Source: Chthoniobacteraceae bacterium (lineage in GTDB: Bacteria; Verrucomicrobiota; Verrucomicrobiia; Chthoniobacterales; Chthoniobacteraceae). Taken from it: a stretch of DNA of 56,733 bases. The DNA lies in NCBI GenBank assembly GCA_040081625.1, contig JBEBGD010000026.1, forward strand, positions 1 through 56,733, read 5' to 3'. The position numbers and the translations under genes are program-made. Positions 37,430-45,311 of the stretch are shown piece after piece; position 1 is the first letter of the stretch, and the number at the start of each line of letters is the position of its first letter. The notes under the pieces were generated by a model. The model saw only the letters and a list, made by a program, of their open reading frames with translations, had not been told where the DNA came from and searched no databases.

Positions 37430-38838
37430 ACCTGCACACATTTCCGCTTACCCGCCGCGAGATGCTCCAGCGCTGTTCCGCCGGCTTTGGCTCGCTCGCG
37501 CTGGCAAGTTTGCTTTCCGACAAGAGTTACGGCGCGGCGCCCGGCCCGCACTTCACACCGAAGGCGAAGCACGTGATCTTTTGCTACATGTCCGGCGGCG
37601 TCTCGCACATCGATTCCTTCGACCCGAAACCGGAGCTCGCGAAGCGGCACGGACAGCCGATGCCGGTGCCGGTGAAGCCGACGATGTTCAACCAGAACGG
37701 CAACATCATGGGCTCGCCGTGGGAGTTCAAAAATCGCGGGCAGAGCGGGATGCCGGTGAGCGAGCTTTTCCCGCACATCGCGCAGCACGCGGACAGCCTC
37801 GCGGTGATCCGCTCGATGACGAGCACGGTGAATGAGCACGCGCAGGGAAATTATCTCGCGCACACCGGCTTCCCGTTCATGGGCCACCCGAGCGCGGGCG
37901 CTTGGGTGAGCTACGGACTCGGGACGGAGAATCAGGATCTGCCCGGGTTTATCGTGCTGCAGAGCGGCGGGGCGACTCCGCCGCATGGCGGCGTGGGCGT
38001 CTTCAGCAGCGGCTACCTGCCGGGACAGCACCAGGCGTCCATCTTGAAAGCCGACGCCGACGAGGCGCTCCCGAATATCAAGCCGAACGAACGCGACGCC
38101 GTGCAGCGCCAGCGACTCGGCTTCATCAAGGGGATGGATGAAGGCTTTCTCCGCACCGCGGCGGACGCGCAGGTCGAGGCGGCGATCAGGAACTACGAGA
38201 CTGCGTATCGCATGCAGACCGCCGTGCCCGAACTGTGCGATATCCGCGGCGAGAGCGAGGCGACGCGGCAACTCTACGGGCTCGACGCGAAGGAAGGAAA
38301 CAAGGCGGCGTATGGCCGGCAGTGCCTCGTCGCGCGGCGGCTGATCGAGCGCGGCGTGCGCTTCGTCGAGCTGAGCTGTCTGCCGCAGGGGCCGGGTGAC
38401 GGGCAATCCGCGAACCCGTGGGACCAGCACGGCAAACTCGAGAAGGGTCACGGCGCGATGGCGAACCAGGTCGATCAGGGCATCGCCGCGCTGATCACCG
38501 ACCTCAAGCAGCGCGGGCTTTTCGACGACACGCTCATCCTCTTCACCGGCGAGTTCGGTCGCACGCCGTTCTCGCAAGGCAGCGACGGGCGCGACCACAA
38601 TCCGTATGGCTTCAGCCTTTGGCTCGCGGGCGGCGGCGTAAAAGGCGGCACGATCCACGGCGTCACCGACGATCTCGGCTACTACGCGATCGATAAGGTC
38701 GCCACCTTCTACGATCTCTATGCCACGATGCTGCACCTGCTCGGCGTCGATCACGAGCGGCTCACGTATCGTTTCGGCGGGCGCGACTTCCGGCTCTCGG
38801 ATGTGCATGGGCACGTGATCAAGGAGATCCTCGCGTAG
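37426..38838 (+). CDS. DUF1501 sulfatase-like protein (Tat-type signal)
   Basis: [74 protein letters not shown]. Confidence 0.93.
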   Translation: MNLHTFPLTRREMLQRCSAGFGSLALASLLSDKSYGAAPGPHFTPKAKHVIFCYMSGGVSHIDSFDPKPELAKRHGQPMPVPVKPTMFNQNGNIMGSPWEFKNRGQSGMPVSELFPHIAQHADSLAVIRSMTSTVNEHAQGNYLAHTGFPFMGHPSAGAWVSYGLGTENQDLPGFIVLQSGGATPPHGGVGVFSSGYLPGQHQASILKADADEALPNIKPNERDAVQRQRLGFIKGMDEGFLRTAADAQVEAAIRNYETAYRMQTAVPELCDIRGESEATRQLYGLDAKEGNKAAYGRQCLVARRLIERGVRFVELSCLPQGPGDGQSANPWDQHGKLEKGHGAMANQVDQGIAALITDLKQRGLFDDTLILFTGEFGRTPFSQGSDGRDHNPYGFSLWLAGGGVKGGTIHGVTDDLGYYAIDKVATFYDLYATMLHLLGVDHERLTYRFGGRDFRLSDVHGHVIKEILA

Positions 38839-38889
38839 GCGCGATTCGCCGCTCGCCGCGCGCGTGCCGGGCGGCATACGCTTCGCCTC

Positions 38890-40818
38890 GTGTCCCAGTT
38901 CGACGCCCAGACGCTCATCTTCCTCCGCGCGATGCGCGACCAGTTTCCCACGTCGGAGGCTGCGCTCGCGGCCATCGCCGGGCTGCGCGCGACGCTCACG
39001 TTGCCGAAGGGGACCATCCACGTCGTGAGCGACGTGCATGGCGAATACGTGAAGCTCAAGCACGTCATCAACAACGCCTCGGGCAGCCTGCGTCCGCTCG
39101 TCGATCAGACTTTTGGTGAGCGGCTCGGGATCGCGGAGAAGCTGGAACTGCTCAACCTCATCTACTACCCGCGTGAGACCTTCATGCAGCAGAGCTTCGC
39201 GGACGCGGCGGCGCGGCACGATTTCGTGCGGCGGGTATGCTCGCTGGAGTTTGAAATCCTGCGCGTGCTCTCGCGGCGCTACGACATGGCGACGATGGAA
39301 GCGGTCTTCCCGGCGAGCTTTCGCGCGGCCTTCCGCGAGCTGCTCTACGGCGTCTATCTCGAACGCAGCACCGCGTATCTCGATGCGCTGCTCGAGCCCA
39401 TCGTGCAGCACGGGCGCGAGCTGGATTTCTTGCGGATGACCGCGCGCGTCATTCGCAACCTGCTCGTCTCGGAGTTGATCGTCGCCGGCGATTTCGGCGA
39501 CCGTGGGCCGCGGATCGATCGCGTCATCGACGCGGTGATGCACCAGCCGAACGTCGCGATCACGTGGGGAAACCACGACGCGTCGTGGCTCGGCGCGTGC
39601 CTCGGGAGCGACGCGTGCATCGCCACGGTGCTGCGCATTTCCATGCGCTACCGGCGGCTTTCGCAGATCGAGGAGGGCTATGGAATTCCGCTCGCACCGC
39701 TGGAGAAGCTCGCGCGCGACGTCTATGGCGATGACCCGGCGACGCAGTTTGCCTGCAAGGGAGTGGGCCTGCGCGAGCCGCTGCAGATGGCGCGGATGCA
39801 GAAGGCGATCGCGATCATCCAGTTCAAACTCGAGGGCCAGCTCATCGCGCGCAATCCGCAGTTCGGCCTCGCGCATCGCGATCTCCTCCCGCTCATCGAT
39901 CCGAAGGCCGGAACGATCACGCTCGAAGGTCAGACACACCCGCTGTTGGATACACATCTGCCGACGATCGACTGGGCGAATCCGAACGCGCTCAGCCCCG
40001 AGGAGACCGCGTGCATCGAGCGGTTGCGGCGCTCGTTTTTGCAAAGCCCGGTGCTCTGGCAGCAGATGTGTTTCCTCGCGCAGAAGGGGACGATGTGGCT
40101 GCGCCGCGATGAGAATCTGATCTTCCACGCCTGCGTGCCCGTGGATGCGCAGGGTGAGTTTTTACCGATGGAAATCGACGGTCGCGAACTGCGCGGGCGG
40201 GCGCTCTTCGACGAACTGAATCTCGTCGTGCAGCGCGCCGTCCGCACGAACGCCCCGCAGACCCTCGATCTGCTCTGGTATCTCTGGGGCAGCCCGCTCT
40301 CGCCGCTCTTCGGGAAGGACAAGATGACCACGCTCGAAGGCTACTTCATCGCCGACAAGCACACGCATCACGAGACGAAGAACCCGTATTTCGAGCTGAT
40401 CCACGAGCCGTGGTTTTGCCGGAAGGTGCTCGCCGAGTTCGGCTGCGATCCGGAGCGCGGACTCATCGTCAATGGCCACGTGCCGGTGAAGATCGCGCAG
40501 GGCGAATCACCGCTCAAACGCAGCGGCCAGGCGGTGACAATCGACGGCGCTTTCTCCGAAGCCTACGGCGACAAGGGCTACACGCTCGTGCTCGACGCCG
40601 AGCGCACGTCGCTCGCGCTGCACCACCATTTCGAGAGCGTCTCCGACGCCATCCACGACGGCGCGGACATCATTCCGTCGATCGAACACATCCGCACCTT
40701 CCCGCGGCCCCGCACCGTCGCCGACACCGAAAGCGGCGAGCGCCTGCGCAACGAAATCGCCGCGCTGGAGAAGCTGATCGCTGCTTACGAAAGCAACGCG
40801 ATCCACGAGTTCAGCTAG
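38890..40818 (+). CDS. fbp: Class III (Firmicute-type) fructose-1,6-bisphosphatase
   Basis: LPKGTIHVVSDVHGEY, GDFGDRGP, WGNHD, QKAIAIIQFKLEGQ, SPLFGKDKMTT, NGHVPVK, IDGAFSEAY. Confidence 0.9.
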   Translation: MSQFDAQTLIFLRAMRDQFPTSEAALAAIAGLRATLTLPKGTIHVVSDVHGEYVKLKHVINNASGSLRPLVDQTFGERLGIAEKLELLNLIYYPRETFMQQSFADAAARHDFVRRVCSLEFEILRVLSRRYDMATMEAVFPASFRAAFRELLYGVYLERSTAYLDALLEPIVQHGRELDFLRMTARVIRNLLVSELIVAGDFGDRGPRIDRVIDAVMHQPNVAITWGNHDASWLGACLGSDACIATVLRISMRYRRLSQIEEGYGIPLAPLEKLARDVYGDDPATQFACKGVGLREPLQMARMQKAIAIIQFKLEGQLIARNPQFGLAHRDLLPLIDPKAGTITLEGQTHPLLDTHLPTIDWANPNALSPEETACIERLRRSFLQSPVLWQQMCFLAQKGTMWLRRDENLIFHACVPVDAQGEFLPMEIDGRELRGRALFDELNLVVQRAVRTNAPQTLDLLWYLWGSPLSPLFGKDKMTTLEGYFIADKHTHHETKNPYFELIHEPWFCRKVLAEFGCDPERGLIVNGHVPVKIAQGESPLKRSGQAVTIDGAFSEAYGDKGYTLVLDAERTSLALHHHFESVSDAIHDGADIIPSIEHIRTFPRPRTVADTESGERLRNEIAALEKLIAAYESNAIHEFS

Positions 40819-40820
40819 CC

Positions 40821-41936
40821 ATGGAGAGCGGCGATGTTTCCAATGCCTGTGCAGGTGACGATTCGGCTTCCTTCGACAGCAGCTACACGAGCAATTTCTC
40901 CGCGCTTCTGCGCGAGCTCGGCGTGTCGCTCGTCGTCTCGACCTATCAAGCGGGCAAGCTGATCCTCGTGCGCGCGGATGGGGATGAGTTGAACACGCAC
41001 TTCCGCCACTTTTTCAGCCCGATGGGCGTGGCGTATCTGCCTGCGACGGGCCGGCTCGCTATCGGCGCGAAACACGAGGTGTGGGAGTTTCGCAACCAGC
41101 CCGACGTGGCTGCGAAGCTCGAGCCGATTGGCCGCTGCGACGCCGCGTTTTTGCCGCGCACGACGCATTACAGCGGCGACATCCGCATCCACGAGATCGC
41201 GTGGCTCGACCGCGAGCTGTGGGCGGTGAATACGCGATTCTCGTGTCTGTGCACGTTTGATGGCGAGAGCAGCTTCGTGCCGCGCTGGCGGCCGCCATTT
41301 GTCAGCGCTCTCTCGCCCGAGGATCGCTGCCACCTCAACGGCATGGCGGTTGTGGACGCGGAGGTGAAATTCGTGACGTGTCTCGGCGCGACGGACACGG
41401 CTGGCGGCTGGCGTGCGAATAAACGCGACGGCGGATTGCTGCTCGACGTGGCGAGCGGCGAGACGCTCGTGCGCGGACTCTCGATGCCGCACTCGCCGCG
41501 CGTTCACGCGGGGAAAACGTGGCTGCTCGAATCGGGCCGCGGCACGATCTCGGTCGCCGATTTGCCAAGCGGGAAAACCGAAGTGGTCGCGAAGCTGCCG
41601 GGCTTCACGCGCGGCCTCGACTTTCTCGGGCACCTCGCCTTCGTCGGCCTCTCGCAGGTGCGGGACAGCGCGGTGTTCAGCGGGATTCCGCTGGTCGAGG
41701 AATTGAGCGCGAGTGAGCGGAGTTGCGGCGTGTGGGTGATCGATCTGCGCAGCGGCGAGACGATCGCGTTCCTTCGCTTCGAAGGGATCGTGCAGGAAAT
41801 TTTCGCGGTGCAGGTGCTGCCCGGCATCGTCTTCCCCGATCTCGTCAATGAGCCGGGCGAGACGCTCAACTCGTCGTTCGTCCTGCCCGATGAAGCGTTG
41901 CGCGACGTGCCGCGGGAATTGCGCGCGGACGCGTAG
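40821..41936 (+). CDS. TIGR03032 (DUF4915) family protein
   Basis: STYQAGKL, GDIRIHE, VNTRFSCL, SFVPRWRPPF, EDRCHLNG, GLSMPHSPR, PGFTRGL. Confidence 0.9.
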   Translation: MESGDVSNACAGDDSASFDSSYTSNFSALLRELGVSLVVSTYQAGKLILVRADGDELNTHFRHFFSPMGVAYLPATGRLAIGAKHEVWEFRNQPDVAAKLEPIGRCDAAFLPRTTHYSGDIRIHEIAWLDRELWAVNTRFSCLCTFDGESSFVPRWRPPFVSALSPEDRCHLNGMAVVDAEVKFVTCLGATDTAGGWRANKRDGGLLLDVASGETLVRGLSMPHSPRVHAGKTWLLESGRGTISVADLPSGKTEVVAKLPGFTRGLDFLGHLAFVGLSQVRDSAVFSGIPLVEELSASERSCGVWVIDLRSGETIAFLRFEGIVQEIFAVQVLPGIVFPDLVNEPGETLNSSFVLPDEALRDVPRELRADA

Positions 41937-41944
41937 CGGATTCG

Positions 41945-42005
41945 TCGTAGCCGAACGCGTGAGCGTTTGGCCCGCCGCGCCAAACTCTAACGAGTTCGGC
42001 TACGA
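41945..42005. repeat. GTAG-type REPIN (inverted REP pair) between convergent genes
   Basis: TCGTAGCCGAAC...GTTCGGCTACGA 12-bp terminal IR; inner GTTTGG/CCAAAC. Confidence 0.8.
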
Positions 42006-42013
42006 GCTGCTGC

Positions 42014-43747
42014 TCAGACGAAGATGATGCTGCCCGGCGGGCCGGAGATGTTCGGATCGACCGGGGCGATGTTGGCGCGGACCTTGGCGATCTGGACGGT
42101 GATGATGCCCGAGGTGCCGTTGCCGGTATTCTCGATGCCGCCGCCGCTGCGCGCCGCGACGTTGCCGGAAATCGTGACGCCCGTGATGCTGCCGTTGGCG
42201 TCGTAGGCGAAGATTCCGCCGCCGCTGAAGCTGCTGACGTTTCCTTTGATCGCGCCGCCGATGATTTTGAAATCCGGCATGCCAAACAGGCCAATGCCCG
42301 ATCCGATGTTGCCGCTGACGATGGAGTTCTTGATCGTCACCGAGCCGCTGCCGCCGAGGATGCCGATGCCGGCCGAGATGCCGATGCCGATGTTTCCGGT
42401 CACTTTCGCTCCGGTGATCGACATCACGCCGCTGCCGAACGCCGAGATGCCGCCGCCAATATTATCGGCGAACGTGCCGCCGGTCACGGTCAGGTCCACT
42501 TCCTCGGCGCCGACGCCTTGAGCGGCCACGCCGCCGCCAGCGGACCTCGCGTGGTTGCCGGCGAACGTGGAGCCGGAAATCGTGAGCGCGATGCCGTCCT
42601 GTGCCAGCACTCCGCCGCCATCCTGCTGGCTGCTGTTCTCGATGAACCGTGAGCCGATGATCTTCACCGGCGCGATGCTCGAGCCGGTTCCCTTGATGAG
42701 GAGCCCGCCGCCGCCGACGTCGTAATTGCTCCCGGAAGGCGAGTAAGGCACCTGCGTGGTCGTCTGGTTGCCGGAAATGATGCTCTTGGAAATCGTCAGC
42801 GACGCGACGTTCCTCGCCTCGATGCCTCCGCCATTGAAGACCGCCGTGTTGTTGCGGATGGTCGAACCGCTGATGATCGCGTGGCCTCTTGAGAGATAGA
42901 TGCCGCCGCCGCCCTCGCCGGTGCCGAACGACCTGTTGCCCGTGACTTTCGTGCTGCTGAGGGTGCTTTTCGCCGCCGGGTTGAGGTTGTCGTTTTCCAC
43001 GAACATCCCGCCGCCGCGGTCCGCAGCGTTGCCGGAAATGGTGCAGCCGCTGATGGCGAGGCCGACGCCCGTGGCAGTGAGGCGCGCGTAAAAACCGCCG
43101 CCGGCGCCGTCCGGCGCGCTGTTGCCCGTGATTACCGATTTCTTGATGGAGATGGCGCTCAGGTTCACCAGCGCCATTCCGCCCCCGTCGGACTCCGCGC
43201 TGTTGCCGGTGATTAGTGAATTTGAGATGCTCGCCTTGATCGGCGCCGCGCCGGCGGTGAGCGCGCCGAGCACCGTCAAGCCACCCCCATCTCCGGTGGC
43301 GCTGTTGCCAGCGATCACGACGCTTCTGAGCGTCAGCGATTCGCGGGAAAAAATGCCGCCGCCATCGCTCCCCTTGCCGTGAGCGAAGGACAATCCGCCG
43401 ATGGTCGCCGGGCCGTCGGTGGTCGGATCGGCGTCGTCGATGCGCAGGATGGTGCTGGCATCGTTCCCGTCGAGGATGAGCTTGCTCGGCCCCGGGCCCT
43501 TGATCGTCACGCTGCCCATGCTGGTCAATTGGCCGGCGGTGAGCTTGATGATGTTCGCGCCCTGCGGCGGCGGCGCGGGCAGCTTGAACGTGATCGTATC
43601 GAGCCCGTCGTTGTTGTCGGCCATGAGCAACGCATCGCGCAGTGTGACCTTGCCTGCCTCGGCGGGATCGGCGAGCGACGTGACGACGAAGACCGAAGGC
43701 GCGATGCGCGCTTCGAGGATTTCGATGGAGTGCGGATGTGGTTTCAT
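42014..43747 (-). CDS. Extracellular beta-helix protein with LEPR-XLL-like N-terminus and Pmp-like GGG[I/L/M/V]/xxN repeats
   Basis: IEILEARIAPS, VTSLAD, TLRDAL, repeated ITGNSA..GGG motifs; no C-terminal autotransporter barrel seen. Confidence 0.82.
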   Translation of the reverse strand: MKPHPHSIEILEARIAPSVFVVTSLADPAEAGKVTLRDALLMADNNDGLDTITFKLPAPPPQGANIIKLTAGQLTSMGSVTIKGPGPSKLILDGNDASTILRIDDADPTTDGPATIGGLSFAHGKGSDGGGIFSRESLTLRSVVIAGNSATGDGGGLTVLGALTAGAAPIKASISNSLITGNSAESDGGGMALVNLSAISIKKSVITGNSAPDGAGGGFYARLTATGVGLAISGCTISGNAADRGGGMFVENDNLNPAAKSTLSSTKVTGNRSFGTGEGGGGIYLSRGHAIISGSTIRNNTAVFNGGGIEARNVASLTISKSIISGNQTTTQVPYSPSGSNYDVGGGGLLIKGTGSSIAPVKIIGSRFIENSSQQDGGGVLAQDGIALTISGSTFAGNHARSAGGGVAAQGVGAEEVDLTVTGGTFADNIGGGISAFGSGVMSITGAKVTGNIGIGISAGIGILGGSGSVTIKNSIVSGNIGSGIGLFGMPDFKIIGGAIKGNVSSFSGGGIFAYDANGSITGVTISGNVAARSGGGIENTGNGTSGIITVQIAKVRANIAPVDPNISGPPGSIIFV

Positions 43748-43860
43748 GGCGGGAGGATGTTAAGGGTCGGACTGCGCGCCGGTCACGTCGCCCGTTTCGG
43801 CCGGAGATCAATGCGGAAGCAGACTCGACGCGCCGCGCACTCGACCGCTTGAATCTTCCC

Positions 43861-44676
43861 ATGCGCTTCCTCCTCGCTTCCCTCCTCGTCGTCTCCGTCG
43901 CGCACGCCGAGCCGCTCTCGATCGCGTGGGAAAAGAATTTTCTCACGATCCGCGGCTCGCAGCTTCCCGGCGAGATCAGCGTCAACTACCTCGAAGCCTA
44001 CTGCCGCGCCGGCTCGACCGAGGCGGATTGGGTGGAGCACACGAAGGTCAAGCACACCGCCGAATTGCTCAGCGCGAGCGCGCACGAGGTTCGCTTGCGC
44101 GACACGCTCGCGGATGGAGTGATCGTCGAGCACACGATCACCGCGAAGGAGGACGAGGTGGATTTCCGAGTAGTCGCGCACAACCCGACAGACAAAGCCA
44201 GCAAGGCGCACTGGGCACAGCCGTGCGTGCGGCTGAGTAATTTCCTCGGGCTCGACGAGAAGACCGCGCGCAGCACTGAGGACTACCTGCCGAAGTCATT
44301 CGTCTTCATCGGCGGCCAGCTCGCGCGGATGCCGACGCAGCCGTGGACGACGCAAGCGCGCTACATACCGGGTCAGGTCTGGTGTCCGAGACATGTCCCG
44401 CGCACCGACGTGAATCCGCGCCCGCTTTCCTCGCTCGTGCCGAGCAACGGGCTGATCGGCTGCTTCAGCGCGGATGAGAAGATGATCTACTCGACGGTAT
44501 GGGAACCGTATCAGGAACTCTTTCAGGGCGTGATCCGCTGCCTGCACAGCGACTTCCGCATCGGCGGCCTCGCGCCCGGCGAGAAGAAAGACATCCGCGG
44601 AAAAATCTATCTCGTGCCGAACGATGTCCCCGCGCTGCTCAAGCGTTACGAGCGCGACTTCCCCGAGCACCGCTGA
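43861..44676 (+). CDS. Secreted hypothetical protein
   Basis: Signal peptide MRFLLASLLVVSVAHA; YLEAYCR, HWAQPC, CLHSDFRIGGL. Confidence 0.8.
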   Translation: MRFLLASLLVVSVAHAEPLSIAWEKNFLTIRGSQLPGEISVNYLEAYCRAGSTEADWVEHTKVKHTAELLSASAHEVRLRDTLADGVIVEHTITAKEDEVDFRVVAHNPTDKASKAHWAQPCVRLSNFLGLDEKTARSTEDYLPKSFVFIGGQLARMPTQPWTTQARYIPGQVWCPRHVPRTDVNPRPLSSLVPSNGLIGCFSADEKMIYSTVWEPYQELFQGVIRCLHSDFRIGGLAPGEKKDIRGKIYLVPNDVPALLKRYERDFPEHR

Positions 44677-45311
44677 CGCCACCACAGCAGCGGCAGCAGG
44701 CCGATCGCGATGAGCCACGCGTAGCGCGGAAACTTCGGGACCGGTGCGGGGGCAACCGGAGCGGGTGGCGCGGTGGCGACGTAGGTCGCGTCGAAAAGGA
44801 AGTCCGGTTCCGCCTGCGTGAAGCTGACTTCCTCCTTTTGCGCGCCGTGCTCGAATGAGCCGAGCACCGTGTGCCGCGGAGTGAGCGTCTGGAATAGCGC
44901 GAAGCTCAGGCCGACTTCGCGAGCGGCGGGAGTGCGGGACTGGCGAAATGGAAACGTGATCAGCCCCGCAGCCGTGTGCCAGTCAGGCGCCGCGAGTCCT
45001 TCGTCCGCGCCGCCCGGCCAGATCGGTGCCGCGGCATCGCCGAGTGGCGCAGCATTGCCGTCGATCTCGACATTCACGTGTTCGCGGAGAAAGCGCTCGA
45101 TCGCGGGTGCGGCGCGGCGCAACTCGGCGGGCGTCACCCGCTGGTCGCCGTCGCCGTCCACCGTTGTGATCATCTGGAGCGTGAAGACGTCGTAGGTCAG
45201 GCGAAGCTCGACGCGATTATCGGCGATGATGCAGCGCGCGTAGCTCGTGTCGGGATTGTGGGCGAATGAGGCGGCAGGCAGCAGCAGCCACAGCCAGAGC
45301 GCGCGGCTCAC
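44646..45311 (-). CDS. Secreted protein with C-terminal membrane anchor (HupE/UreJ N-terminal-domain-like)
   Basis: Signal peptide then HNPDTSY; Pro/Ala linker, TM helix and basic tail; GTGA overlap with the upstream stop. Confidence 0.65.
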   Translation of the reverse strand: MSRALWLWLLLPAASFAHNPDTSYARCIIADNRVELRLTYDVFTLQMITTVDGDGDQRVTPAELRRAAPAIERFLREHVNVEIDGNAAPLGDAAAPIWPGGADEGLAAPDWHTAAGLITFPFRQSRTPAAREVGLSFALFQTLTPRHTVLGSFEHGAQKEEVSFTQAEPDFLFDATYVATAPPAPVAPAPVPKFPRYAWLIAIGLLPLLWWRQRCSGKSRS

